Source: Nemertoderma westbladi (taxonomy: Eukaryota; Animalia; Xenacoelomorpha). Taken from it: a stretch of 64,000 nt of DNA. How positions within the stretch are numbered: the stretch's first letter is position 1; every line of letters starts with the position of its first letter. The notes under the pieces are model-generated. The model was not told the DNA's origin, ran no database searches, and worked only from the letters and a program-made list of their open reading frames with translations. Below are positions 12,938 to 26,016 of this stretch, one piece after another. Location: assembly GCA_032718475.1 (NCBI GenBank), contig JAUCBJ010000246.1, forward strand, positions 11,370-75,369, given 5' to 3'. A program made the translations under genes and the position numbers.

Positions 12938-15900
12938 TTGCACTCCCTTGCTCTATGTCCACTCATTACAAAACGCGAGCAGATATTATTGCTCAACGCA
13001 TAATCTATCTGATCTTGCCTAGGTAGCGCCTGCCAGTACCTGCAGTTCATGGTTTGATGAAGCGCATTTGCGTGTAGCTGGCATTTGCTCTTTGGGTCGT
13101 AGCCCTCTTTATACAGTGCATTGCGTATCGCAGTTGCGTTCGTACCAAAGTCCCTACTATTCTTATTGTTTGGATTCAGCCTACTGGACGTACTGGGGTT
13201 ATGTTTATTCGTGCTGTTATTGTTCCCCTGTCCGTTCCATGGTGTTGTCTCATCTTCGGCTAGCTGTGGACTTGCAGTCCCCTGCGTCGCTGCATATGGC
13301 AATGATTGCCTGAGTCTTGGTAATGCGTTTGATGTATTGTGCTCTGGTTTCGGTCTATGGTAATCCGTCTTCGGTCCCTTTCCCAGGCTATCTTCGCTGT
13401 AGACTGGGTCAGTTATTAGCTCAGCCTCGTAGTTTAAGAAGTTTGACATTTCTTCTAAACCCGGTTCCGCACCCTTCTTGTCTCGAGTGGAGAAAGCAAT
13501 TTTCCTCCACTTGTTGCGCATCCAACTCGGTAGTGCCTGCGCTATCGTGGTGATGTTATTGGACGCATTGAGCTCGTATGGCGCGTCTAGCGTCTTCAGC
13601 ACGATCAGTGCCTTTTCGACTTTGTTAGCGAACGTCTTAATGCTAACGGGATTATCCTGTAGGCCAACCGATGTTATGCCCCTCAGCGTCTGCCTGATGA
13701 TCTTGGCCGGGTGCCCGTATTCCCTATCCAGTGCCCGCCATGCTGTCGTGAAGCCGCCCTCTATTCCTTGATATTGCCTCACGATATCGTATGCTGGGCC
13801 TCCCGTATATACTTGCAGATACTTTAGGCACTCCGCCTGCGTCAAGTTTTTTGTTAGTATTTCGTTACTATACATGCGCCGAAACTGTAGATATTCTTCC
13901 GGCCTACTCCCATCGAATTTGAATGGTTCCACGGGTGGTAGCTCGATCCTCGTTTTCAACGCATCGATCAACGTGGCCATCCCCATCGCCTGCGCTTCCA
14001 ATGGATTCGACGGGTGCTGTATAGTTTCTCCTGTCTGGTGCGGTTCGTCCGTCCTACTTCTTGATCTTCTCTGACTTGGGTATGTCATCGGGGGTAGCGG
14101 CCCCCTCCATATTTCTGTGTCACACGACCTGTTTTCATCTAAGGGTCTCGTTGTTCTTGCTCCTATCGGGGTATATTGTTGATATTGTGATGGGGGAATG
14201 TCACCCTGTCCCCCCCCCCCGCCGGTATGTTTGGTACTGGAGTTGATGTTAATATATTGGGGCCCATACACCTATCCGCAATAATTCCCCCCTCCCCTGG
14301 GTATATGTTATGTCCCTGCATGCTGTAGTCATACTGCTGTACTGGTACTGGTATAGGCCTATCAGCTTCTGGCCTACTCGCCGGTATGTATTCCGCGACT
14401 TCCGGGTTTAATCCCGTTGTCCACGCTATCCTATCGCCTACATTGCCTCTCTCAGTATGGCCTATGGTATGTGCAGTAAGGCCTATAGTATGTCCTACAG
14501 TCTGCATGTGTCGCTCGGGATCGAAGTTTATTCTTCTCGAGTAGTCCTCCCCGCGGCTACCGTATTCTCGATCGGTAGGTATATTCCGTCGGAAAGTTTC
14601 TCTTCGACCCCCCTCTCTACTGTTCTCATCTTCGTACCGGTACATCGCGTACCCCTCTCTCGGCGCGTAGTGCACCTCACCGGGTCTCATCTCTCCAGGG
14701 CGACGGCAATCTCCCGGAGTCCAACCCCACTGACTCTCCGTTCTCATCTCGACTACCGACGGCTCGCTATCCGTCCTCGCTCCTCTACCGTTCGCGGCGA
14801 TACCTCTACTACTGTCTTCTCTTCTTCTCCTTTCAGTGGAATATTCCCGTTCGTGAGATCTCTCGTCGACCTCCCGGTTAAACCCCACTGTTCTTCTTCC
14901 CTCTTCTGATCGGGCTCGACGCTTCGTCCGCCCTCTTACGACGTCAACCTGTCTCTCTCTGCTCGGTCGCACGCCGCTGGGGATACTCGCAATCCCCCTA
15001 TTACTTTCCGTCGCCGGTTGTTGCGGTTTACCTATTTCGGCCCTCGCATTATCCGCTGATGGCTGTGGGACACTCTCTGCCCCCCCCCCCCCTTTCGCCG
15101 CTAACTCGCTGTTGTGGGGCTCTCGTAGCCCCCCCCCCCCCCCCCCCCACTCGCCACATCTAACTTCGCTATCCCTCACCCCGCTACTATATCCCTCTCT
15201 AGTCGACACATCAACCCTACCGCGGTCGGGTCTATTTACCCCCGCCTCTCCCTCTGCTATTGCGTGGCCTACCAGGCCCTCTGCACCCTGCCTACCAACT
15301 ATGTGGCCTACCAGGCCCTCGCTGGGTCTATTCAACCCAGCCACCCCCTGCCTACCAACTACGTGGCCTACCAGGCCCTCGCTCGGTCTACCTAACCCAG
15401 CTACTCCCTGCCTACCAACTACATGGCCTACCAGGCCCTCGTCTGTCTGGCCATACACGCCCGACGTGTTTACGTTAATAGCACCCATATCGGAAACGGA
15501 ACCAATTTGTTCGTTCGAAACAAACTCATTTGAATTACTTTGCGCGACTACACCATCTGAATTATTTTGTAAATTCGGGCTCGGATCATTATTTAAGTTA
15601 TTTGGAATATTTTGTGTAATTGCGTTACTTAAATTATTTTGTAAGTTCGAATTTGGGTTATTACTTTGATTATTTGGATTATTTTGCGTAGCTACATTAA
15701 TATTAGAATTATTTTCTACATTAATATTAGGATTGTTCTGATTTAAATTTAAATTACTACCACTAGGTAAATTATTTCCTGCAATAAAGGTTTGATTAGA
15801 ATTATCCCATACGGTACTATTAATATTAACCACGTCTACTGTACCATTATCATTATTACCCCCCCCCCCCCCCGCCCGTACGGTCACACCAGTTTTGGGT

Positions 15901-16642
15901 CTGTCGTGCGGTCCCTGTGAGTGGGGTATTAATAAATGTATCCACGGCCCCTGGCTCCCCTAGAATACTCGAGCCAGTCCCGCTCTCAGACGCCCCCGCC
16001 CGCACCCTTTGCAACTCGTGCGCGCGTCTAATCCTATGTTCCGAAAGCTCACTTTGGCGTCTCTCTAATTCCTTCTGCTCTCGCTCAGCTTCTGCCATTC
16101 TCCTCTCACACTCCCGCGCGTCCTGGCCAGCCAACTCTGCTACTCTCCTAGCGCTCTCCCTTCGTCTCGCTTCACGCTCTCTGCGTTCACTTTCCTCCCT
16201 CGCCTCACGTTTCTCGCGTTCCGCCTCATGTTCCTTTCGTTCACTTTCCTCCCTCGCCTCACGTTTCTCGCGTTCCGCCTCACGTTCCTTTCGTTCACTT
16301 TCCCACTTCGCCTCACGCTCCTTGCGTTCACTTTTCTCTCTCACCTCACGTTTCTCGCGTTCACTTTTCTCTCTCACCACACGCTCCTCTTGTTCCTTCA
16401 ACTCTATTTCATCATACTCCCTAAGGCTTCTCAAAGCCCTTTCGGCCTTCTCTCCGGTTTCTCTAATCAATGGCGCTTCCCTCTCTAGCCGCATTCTCCC
16501 CTCCTCTAGCCGTTTATCCATTTCCCTCTGACCTTGCTCTATCAGCTCGAGACGGTACGCGGCACCTGCCTCTCTCACCAGTCTTTCTTTCGCGGAGGAT
16601 GTAGCAGACTTATCGGTCACGACGGACTCCCTTCGCCTCCCC
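12928..16642 (-). pseudogene. gag: Element B gag, distal part (charged repeats, Asn-rich tract, DUF1759-like capsid, knuckles)
   Basis: ORFs 15856-16791, 14163-15887 and 12928-14271 are joined by frameshifts in poly-C runs; PFKFDGSRPEEYLQFRRMY...YLQVYTGGPA...LDREYG; CQLHANALHQTMNC. Confidence 0.85.
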
Positions 16643-17181
16643 TGTGACGGGATCCGAGAGTATCCCGGTTTATCCGGTGTTGTTTCGTACGCGTCCCCGC
16701 CGTGTGAATGAAAGAAAAGAGTTTGTCGTTCTTCCAGTGTTATTGATAATATGTATATGAGATAGACGGAGTAATGCAGTAATGATAGCACAGTATACCG
16801 GTAGTGATATGGTAGTATATATTGGTGACGGCGGTGATGGTCTTAACTGTCACCGTTCTGCCTGACTGTACTGAGATGACTGAATGGGTATTGCATCGAC
16901 CGGTAATATATATTGCACGGTGGCCTTATAACTCTACCTAGCCGATGCCTTCCCCCCATTGGCTAATATCCCTGTTGGCACCCTTTGGAGTGTTTCCCTT
17001 CACTCCTTGTGTTCTCTCTCGGTTAGGGGTTTGGCCCCTGACCCTCCATTGTGTGTTTCTCCTTCCCTTCCCACTTTATTGGGGTGACACGAGGTTGATA
17101 TTGGTAATCAACCTCGTGCTCCCAATATTGCTTAATGGCTCACTCTATGGGTTTGTGTTAGCGGAATTGGATAAGCTAACA
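16643..17181 (-). repeat. 3' LTR of element A
   Basis: Matches 23745-24283; only difference seen by eye is 16661 T versus 23763 G. Confidence 0.95.
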
Positions 17182-17219
17182 CTCCCCCCCATGCTATCTT
17201 CCCGGTAAGAAGATAGCAT
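17182..17219 (-). promoter_or_regulatory. Polypurine tract preceded by an 11-bp hairpin
   Basis: Minus strand ATGCTATCTTC-TTACCGG-GAAGATAGCAT-GGGGGGGAG|TGTTAGC. Confidence 0.85.
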
Positions 17220-17796
17220 CCAACTAAAGTGCGCTACAATTCCGCTGGAACTCGATCTATTATCGGGTGTGGGGTGGGGTTATTTTCTTGGAGTCGGCTT
17301 TCCAGGCCGCTCCCTATGGGTATGATGTCACTACCCTCTGGCGTCTCGTGTCGGGCCGATCGTGCGCTTCTCTCACACAATTTTTGTTTCCCCAACACTC
17401 TCGCCACTCTAACTTCGCTCTCTAACTCAACTCGCTCTCTCCCCACTCTTACACTCTCCCCACACCTGAATCGCACTCTAACTTCTCGCCAACAGCTCTT
17501 CTCACTATCTCCTCTCTACTCTCTGCCACTCCCTAAGGCCCTAATCTCTAATGCTACCCCTGTGCTATCATACTATCTACCTTATCTAAGGTCTAACTTG
17601 CTAACTATCTAACTCTCTAACTCTACTAACTCTAACTCTACTACTCTACTCTACTCTCTGCTAACTCTTACTACTTCTAGCTCTAACTAAAAGCCTCTAA
17701 CTTTCTACTAACTCTAACTAGAACTCTCTAACTTTCTGCTAAGTCTACTAACTCTTTTCTAACTCTGACTAAAATCCTCCAACTAACTCTATCTCT

Positions 17797-18415
17797 ATCT
17801 ACGTGGCGCTAATGGTGCCCACAACCACAACCGGTACTACGTACCCTCTTACTAACTCTACCTCCATCTACGTGGCGCTAACGGTGCCCACAACCACAAC
17901 CGGTACTACGTACCCTCTTACTAACTCTACCTCCATCTACGTGGCGCTAACGGTGCCCACAACCACTCTGCTACTGCTTCTACTCTGCTACTATCTTTCT
18001 AACTCTACTAACTCTCTACTATCTCTAACTCTACTAGCTGGCACCCTATGTGCCCTCTCTACTACTCTACTCTCTGGCACCCTATGTGCCCTCTCTACTA
18101 CTCTACTCTATCTACATCTCCACCTCAACTAATACCTCTATCTACGTGGCGCTTCCGGTGCCCACAACCACTCTCTGCTACTACTTTCTACGTGGCGCTT
18201 CCGGTGCCCACAACCACTCTCTTACTACTTTCTACGTGGCGCTTCCGGTGCCCACAACCTCTCTCTTACTACTACTTTCTACGTGGCGCTTCCGGTGCCC
18301 ACAACCCCTCTCTTACTACTTCTACGTGGCGCTTCCGGTGCCCACAACCACTCTCTACTACTACTTTCTACGTGGCGCTTCCGGTGCCCACAACCCCTCT
18401 CTTACTACTACTTTC
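17797..18415. repeat. Tandem arrays in element A 3' UTR (3 x 69 bp; 6 x ~43-47 bp)
   Basis: Core ACGTGGCGC-N4-GGTGCCCACAACC at 17801, 17870, 17939, 18144, 18190, 18234, 18281, 18324 and 18370. Confidence 0.9.
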
Positions 18416-19027
18416 TACTAACTATTATTTTTAATTATTTAATTATTTATTATTGTTTATTTAAATTAAATAATTATTTTTGTGGGAAGGGCGTCTCGCC
18501 CTCATTCCCACCCCCCTCAGTCCAAAATATTGGACGACTAAACCTCTTAACTAGGGCGATTCTTCCAACAGGCACTCTCCCACTGCTGCTCTTGTAGGTC
18601 CTGTAGGATTCGCCGCACTCTCTTCGCCAATTCCATCTCACCAGGAATTGGTTCTCCCTCTTCTGCCACCCTGAAATCGGGTCTCTCCGCCGCCTTCTTA
18701 ACTAGCTCGTCTCCTGGCATCAAAATGCCACCTCCCTCCTTGTTGTCTCCCGCCGGCAGAATGAATAGAAAGTGAAAGAACAGGCAAAACAGGAGGTACA
18801 ACACCAGTCCTACCCCTCTCCATCCTGCCTTCCTTCTCGACTTCCCCCTTGTCGGTATGCCTCTAAACCGGACCGGCATCTCTTCCGGACACTCCTCTAG
18901 ACACTCCTCCAGACACTCCTCTGGAGTGTTGTCCTCCGGACACCTCGCCGTCCGCTCCGCTCCATCTCCATACCGATGCTTGCTGGGAAACCTACTCTCC
19001 TCTGCCCACTTTCTTACTGTCACCTCC

Positions 19028-22000
19028 CTATCTGGCTCTACTATCTCCTGTTTCTCCTCTTCGTCCTCTGCGTCTGCGGTGCCTGGTATCATGCACCCAG
19101 ATGTCTCTGTCACACTGCATGGGATGTTGAGTTTTAACTGGGCCGCTAAGCGTCCATCCGAACGGCGTGAGGATCGCCGTCGGGTCCCGCTGCCTGTCTT
19201 CGCCGAAGACCGTCTTCGTTCTCTCGTGGGCCGTCGGGCAGTCCATCCCTACTATAATGGACACCTTCCTAACGTCCACCTTTGGTATTGAGAAATCGAT
19301 ACCGTCCAGGAATCTATATTGCTCGACCTCAATGTTGGTTGGTCGCCTGGCGTTGATGTTTATCGATTCTATGACGTGGATGGGGTCGATCGTCGCCCCA
19401 TAGTCATATCCCGGTGCAATCGCTGCTATCCTGCACCGCCCCGCCCTCGTCTCCAGGACCTCATCTTTACTCGAGACGGTAGTCACCGCCATTCTATTCG
19501 GCCTTGTCTTTAGCCCTATCTCTTCGGCCACCCAGTTCTCCACCAGCGTGAAGGCTGCTCCGCTGTCGACCAGCATTAATGTCGTTACTGATCGACCGCC
19601 CTCTCCTGATATCTTTACTGGTACTACCCCGAGTAGTACTTTTCTCTTCTTCTCCTCTTCTGTCGTGCTTGTGGCCATTGCCTGGCCTCCAGTCTCGGAC
19701 TCTCTAACTGCTGTTTCTCTACACTCTCCGGATCTGTGTCCTTCTACCACACATCGATGACATAGTCCGTTTGCGTCTGTGTAGGCTATACGATCTTGTT
19801 TGGGCAACGCTTGCCAGTGCTTACAACTCCTGGTCTTATGTGTTCCATCCCGATGTAATTGACATTCGAATCCTGGATTATAGCGTTCCCTGTATAGTCC
19901 CTCACGTATCGCGCCTAGGTTTATATGTACCGATTTAGTGTTTTGGTTGTCTGTATTCGGCCTACTGGGTACATTGGGATTATGTTTATTTATGGTGTTA
20001 TTTTCTTTCTGTCCCTGCCACGGTGTGGCCCTGCTACCAGCTAACTGTGGACTAGCAGTCCCCTGTGTGGCCGCATGTGGTAGTGATTGTCCTACTCTCG
20101 GGAATGGATCTGCAGGATCGTGTTCGGGTTCATGGCTTGTCCCCAAACTATCCTCGCTATAGACTGGGTCTGTTATTAATTCGGCTTCATAGTTGAGGAA
20201 GCTCGACATCTCTTCTAAGCCCGGTTCCGCACCCTTCTTCTCCCGTGTGGAGAAGGCTATCTTCCTCCACTTCCTTCGTAACCAGATCGGCAGTGCCTGC
20301 GCTATCGTGGTGATGTTGTTAGACGCGTTGAGTTCGTATGGTGCGTCTAGCGTCTTTAACACGATTAACGCCTTCTCGACCTTGTTTGCAAAGGTCCTTA
20401 TGCTAACGGGATTGTCCTGTAGGCCACCCGATGTTATGCCTCTCAGGGTTTGCCGGATGATCTTGGCCGGGTGCCCGTATTCCCTATCTAGCGCCCGCCA
20501 TGCTGTCGTGAAGCCGCCCTCGATGCCCTGGTATTGCCTCACGATGTCGTATGCTGGGCCTCCTGTATATACTTGCAGATATTTTAGGCACTCCGCCTGC
20601 GTCAAGTTCTTACTTAATATTTCGTTACTATACATGCGCCGAAACTGTAGATATTCTTCCGGCCTACTCCCATCGAATTTAAATGGTTCCACAGGTGGTA
20701 ACTCGATCCTAGTTTTTAACGCATCGATCAATGTGGCCATTCCCATCGCTTGCGCTTCTAATGGGTTCGATGGATGTTGTATAGTTTCTCCTGTTGGGTG
20801 CGGTCCGTCCGTCCTATCTGTTGTTGTCCTTGTTGCGTCGGATATATCATTGGGGGTAACGGCCCCCTCCATATTTCCGTGTCGCATGATCTGTTCTCGT
20901 CCAAGGGGTTCGATGTTCTCGCTCCTATTGGGGTATATTGTTGATATTGTGATGGGGGAATGTCACCCTGTCCCCCTCCCACCGGTATGTTTGGTACTGG
21001 GGTTGATGTTAATATATTGGGGCCCATACATCTATCTGCAATAATTCCCCCCTCCCCTGGATATATGTTGTGTCCCTGGAAATTATAGTCATGCTGCTGT
21101 ACCGGTACCGATATAGGCCTATTCACTTCTTGCCTACCTACCGGTATGTACTCCGCGACTTCCGGGTTTAATCCCGTCGTCCGCGCTACCCTATCGCCTA
21201 CTCTATCTCTCCCAGCATGGCCTATAATAGTATGTGCAGTAAGGCCTACAGTATGTCCTGCAGTCTGCATGTGCCCTTCCGAACCGAAGTTTATTCTTCG
21301 CGAATCTCGAATCTCCCCGCGACTACCGTACTCTCGATCGGCAGCTATATCACGTCGGGAAGTTTCCCTTCGATCCCCTATCCTGCTCTCGTCTTCGTAT
21401 CGGTACGTCCTGTACCCCTCTCTTGGTGTGCGGTGCGTTTCTCCGGGGCGACGGCAATCTCCCGAAGTTCGACCCCACTGACTCCCTACCTCCATCTCTA
21501 CTATCGACGGCTCGCTATCCGTCCTCGCTCTCCGGTTGCTCCTAGCAACGACTCTTCTACTATCTTCCTTTCTTCTCTCTTCGACCTCTCGGTTAAACTC
21601 TGCTAATCTTCTTCTATCTTCGACCTCTCTATTAAACTCTACTAATCTTCTCTCTTCTGACTGGGCTCGACGTTCCGTCGCCCGCCCTCTCGCGACGTCA
21701 ACCTGTCTCTCTCTGCTCGATCGCACGCCGCTGGGGATACTCGCAATCCCCCTATTACTCTCCGTCGCCGGGTGTTGCGGTTTACCTAATTCGGCCCGCG
21801 CATTATCCGCCGACGCCTGTGGGACACTCTCTGCCCCCCCCTCTCTCGCTACTAATCTCTCGCGGTGGGGTGCCCGTAGCCCCCCCCCACCCGCCACTTC
21901 TAACTTCACTATCTCTTACTACACTTCTGCGTCCCTCTTGTCGGACACTCTCTACCCCCTTTCTCTCGCCACTAATCTTCTGTGGTGGGGCGCCCGTAGC

Positions 22001-23682
22001 CCCCCCCCACCCGCCACTTCTAACTTCACTACCTCTTACTACACTTCTACACCCCTCTTGTGGGGCATTCTCTGCCCCCCCTCTCTCGCCGCTAATCTCA
22101 TGTGGTGGGGCGCCCGTAGCCCCCCCCCCCCACCCGCCACATCTAACTTCAATATCTCTTACTTCGTCTCTACACCCCTCTCTAGTCGACACACTGTCTC
22201 TACTACGGCTGGGTCTATTCACCCCCGCCTCTCTCCCTACTACTGCGAGGCCTACCAGGCCCACCCCGGGTTGGCTCAACCCCGCTACCTCCTGCCTACC
22301 AACTACGTGGCCTACCAGGCCGCCGTCGGGTTGGCTCAACCCCGCCACTTCCTGCCTACTAACTACGTGGCCTACCAGGCCGCCGTCTGCCGGGCTATAC
22401 ACGTCTGGCGCGTTCACATTAATAGCACCATTCCCAATATTATTTGTTAATCAATTAAATTATTAGAATTTGAAACGGGATTATTATTTAAATTATTTAA
22501 GTTAGAATTATTATTATTTTCAAAATTTAAATTGCTATTCGAATTATTTGAATTATTTTGATTATTCTGAATATTTGAATTAATATTATTATTTGAATTT
22601 AAACTTAAATTACTACTACCGGGTAAAATATTTCCTGTAATAAAGGGATTAGGGTTATTTACTACGGTACTATTAATACCAATATTTCCTAACGCACTAC
22701 TACTACCCCCCTCACCCGTACGGTTGCTGTACGTACTGTACGTGTACCGCACGCTCTGTTCTCTTGCCTCACGCTCTTCGCGTTCACTCTCTTGCTCCTT
22801 CCTTCTCCCCATTATCCACTCTAATTCTTCCATTTTTAATTTATATGCCATGCGTTCACTCTCTCGCACCCGTCTTTCTTTTGCGGAGGATGTAGCAGAC
22901 TTATAGGTTGCGACGGACTCCCGCCGCCCCTCCGTCCTACTAACTTTCCCCCGCTCTCCGGGGTTCTCGCTGACCAACGAGACCGAATCCTCGGAGCTAA
23001 CCTCGGATTCGCCCTCGTGCGGTCCCGCCCAACCCACTAACTTAACTTCCCTGGCATCGACTAAGTATGGCCCTATGTACACTACACCAGGCCCCATACC
23101 CCTACGTTCCCATAGCCCAAACAGTTCGAAGGCAACCCCTCTCGCTCTCTCCTCGGCCAGTTCTCCCTGCCCAGAACGCACTAGGTAATCAAAGTATCTG
23201 TTCGACTCACCTAGTCGTCTCCTCAACTTCACCTGGTCTATCTCAGCCCCTCCTCTAGCTTCCTTCAGTTGTTCCCGGGTCGCGGCGTAGGCTCGTCGAA
23301 GTCGATCAGAAACCCCGACATCCTCGTCGCCGACCTCTCCTCTCTCCCTCCGGGTTCGGCGTCGTACCGTCGGCTCCACCGTTGCCGTTCCGGTGGGCCG
23401 TTCGTCGCCCTCGGTCTGTGGCTGACCGGCGACATCGGCATATCGACCGCCGCCCTGTGTCGACTCGTCTCTCTCCTCCCCCGTCTCGCTCTCTCCTCTA
23501 CTCGACTCGCTCTCTCGCTGTAGACGACCCCCCACATCTTGGTTCGCCGGGTTGCTCGTTATCGACGTGGTCGACGTAGCATCGACCGGCGTCGTGGGTC
23601 CGTATCGTCTCGCCGTGGCCTCGCGGATCGTTAGATCGTCGTCCGGGGTCCGCGGCGGTGTCGCTTCTCCTCCTCTACTCAT
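19028..23682 (-). pseudogene. gag: Element A gag-protease, frameshifted
   Basis: ORFs 22447-23682, 21803-22417, 20758-21909 and 19028-20887; capsid nearly identical to B; knuckles CQLHRDGTHKTRSC and CHRCVVEGHRSGEC; aspartic protease LVDSGA...IIVGMD; TPFGWTLSG. Confidence 0.87.
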
Positions 23683-23744
23683 CTTCGTCTTCTGTGTTCT
23701 GTCTGTGTCTGGCAGTTACAGTTCGGCAGGCCTAGAGTTAAGAC

Positions 23745-24283
23745 TGTGACGGGATCCGAGAGGATCCCGGTTTATCCGGTGTTGTTTCGTACGCGTCCCC
23801 GCCGTGTGAATGAAAGAAAAGAGTTTGTCGTTCTTCCAGTGTTATTGATAATATGTATATGAGATAGACGGAGTAATGCAGTAATGATAGCACAGTATAC
23901 CGGTAGTGATATGGTAGTATATATTGGTGACGGCGGTGATGGTCTTAACTGTCACCGTTCTGCCTGACTGTACTGAGATGACTGAATGGGTATTGCATCG
24001 ACCGGTAATATATATTGCACGGTGGCCTTATAACTCTACCTAGCCGATGCCTTCCCCCCATTGGCTAATATCCCTGTTGGCACCCTTTGGAGTGTTTCCC
24101 TTCACTCCTTGTGTTCTCTCTCGGTTAGGGGTTTGGCCCCTGACCCTCCATTGTGTGTTTCTCCTTCCCTTCCCACTTTATTGGGGTGACACGAGGTTGA
24201 TATTGGTAATCAACCTCGTGCTCCCAATATTGCTTAATGGCTCACTCTATGGGTTTGTGTTAGCGGAATTGGATAAGCTAACA
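23745..24283 (-). repeat. 5' LTR of element A
   Basis: TGTTAGC...GTCACA on minus strand; TATA (~24014) 31 nt upstream of a TCAGT initiator (~23983). Confidence 0.95.
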
Positions 24284-24288
24284 TCCCC

Positions 24289-24981
24289 GTCCTACTAACT
24301 TTCCCCCGCTTCCCGGAACTTCCTCCGACCGACGAGGCCGAATCCTCGGGGTTAACCTCGGATTCGCCCCCTTCAGGTCTGTTCCAACCCACTAATTTTA
24401 TACCCCGGGCATCGACCAAGTATGGCCCTATGTACACTGACGCTACGCTAGGTTCCATACTCCCACATTCCCATAGTTCGAACAGTTCACTGGCAACCCC
24501 TTTCGCTCTCTCCTCGGCTAGTTCTCTCTGCCCGAAGCGCATCAGATAATATAAATGTCTGTCCGACTTACCTAGTCCTGACTTTAGTTTTACCTCGTCT
24601 ATCGTCTTCCCCTTTCTGGCCTCGTCTAGTAGTCTCCGGGTCGCGTTGTAGGCCCGTCGAAGTCGCTCAGAAACCCCGACGTCCTCGTCGCCGACCTCTC
24701 GTCCGTCTCTCCGGGTTTGACGTCGTACCGGCGGACCCACCGTCGCCGTTTCGGTGGCCCGTTCGTCGCCCTCGGCCTGTGGCTGGCCGGCGACACCAGT
24801 GCGTCGACCCCCGTCCCGTGTCGACTCGTCTCCGTTCCAGGCCCCCCTCGTCCTGAACTGCCGGATGACCCGTTACCGATGGGTCCGGCGTTGTGGGCCT
24901 GTATCGCCTGGTTGTGGCCTCGCGGATCGTTAGCTCTTCGTCCGGGGTCCGCGTCGGTGTTATCTCTCCCGACTGACTCAT
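24289..24981 (-). pseudogene. gag: Element B gag, N-terminal part
   Basis: MSQSGEITPTRTPDEELTIREATTRRY... homologous to element A MSRGGEATPPRTPDDDLTIREATARRY; ORFs 24667-24981 and 24234-24740. Confidence 0.85.
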
Positions 24982-25064
24982 CTCGGTTGGTGATCGGTGG
25001 AGTTCAGCTAGCTAGGGCAGCAGTTGTTGCAGTTTAACTAGGGCAGCAGCTCGGTTTTAGTTAC

Positions 25065-25603
25065 TGTGACGGGATCCAAGAGGGATCCCGGTTTATCCGT
25101 TGTTAGTTTACGCGTCCCCGCCGTGTATAAAGAGTGAATGAGTTTGTACTGTCCGTCGTATATAATATTTAGGTATACAGATATAGATATAGATGTGAGA
25201 TAATATTGTTGTATATGGAAGGCGGGATACGGTAACTAAAGTCCCGGTCCTTCCCTAGCTAAACTATGTAACCTAAACTAGCACCAGTATTGCACTGAGA
25301 TAACTGAATTGATATGATTACTGCCAAGTGGCTATATTGCACGGTTGGCCTTGTTACTCTACCTAATCGATGCCTTTCCCCCCTCTGATTGGTTGATACC
25401 CTTGTTGGCGCCCTTTGGAGTGTTCCCGTTCACTCCACCTGTTCTCTCTGGGTTAGGGGTTTGGCCCCTGACCCTCATTGTGTGCTTCTCCTTCCCATTC
25501 TTATTGGGATGGCACGAGTTGGTTAATTACCCAATCTCGTGGCTCCCAATATTGCTTATCGGCTTAACTTTATGGGGTGTTAGCGGGATTGAATAAGCTA
25601 ACA
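25065..25603 (-). repeat. 5' LTR of element B
   Basis: 539 bp with the same termini as the A LTRs and a diverged middle; TATA (~25336) 31 nt upstream of TCAGTT (~25305). Confidence 0.9.
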
Positions 25604-25864
25604 CACTGTCTAAGTCGCCGAGCACAACTTTGCGATCATACGCGCCCTCCCGGCGAATAGTCTTTGAAGCAGGGCCCGAAAACCCACTGCCACTACCCCC
25701 GGTACGCGACCAACTCGGATGAAGTTCACGGCTTTCTCTACCATGGCAACCATGAGTATGATGCCAATGATAACCGTATCGGTTGGGTCAATATTCCGAT
25801 CCGATCCGGAAAGTACCAACTCCTGGAGAGTGATGCGGCATCCTCTCAATCGCGCTGCAGGAGC

Positions 25865-25992
25865 TGGTGCTTGGTCCCGTACTGGTCCTGGGTTCTGTAC
25901 TGGTGCTGGGTCCCGTACTGGTCCTGGGTTCCATACTGGTGCTGGATCCCATAATGGTCCTGGGTTCCGTACTGGTGCTGGTACTGGTGCTG
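25865..25992. repeat. Short tandem repeat of ~18-bp units
   Basis: GGTCCCGTACTGGTCCTG / GGTTCTGTACTGGTGCTG variants. Confidence 0.8.
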
Positions 25993-26016
25993 TAAACGTA
26001 CCTAATTTACATACGC

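Larger units (their letters stand above)
16643..24283 (-). mobile_element. BEL/Pao element A, complete non-autonomous insertion (7641 bp)
   Basis: Two 539-bp TG...CA LTRs, 5-bp TSD TCCCC (16638-16642 and 24284-24288), PPT; gag and protease present but no RT, RNase H or integrase motifs. Confidence 0.93.
12938..25603 (-). mobile_element. BEL/Pao element B: 5' LTR plus gag, 3'-truncated, interrupted by element A
   Basis: LTR 25065-25603; gag begins at 24981, is split at 24284/16642 (GKVSRT|...RRRESV) and continues to ~12938. Confidence 0.85.

Noticed and set aside
14210-15873. Frame changes in element B gag as programmed frameshifts
   Set aside because: They fall in long poly-C runs, and element A stays in frame at the site matching ~14215; homopolymer slippage or sequencing error is more likely.
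13068-23749. Many plus-strand ORFs over elements A and B (e.g. 20193-21044, 21536-22450)
   Set aside because: Antisense shadows of GC-rich, repetitive gag sequence with no recognisable motifs.
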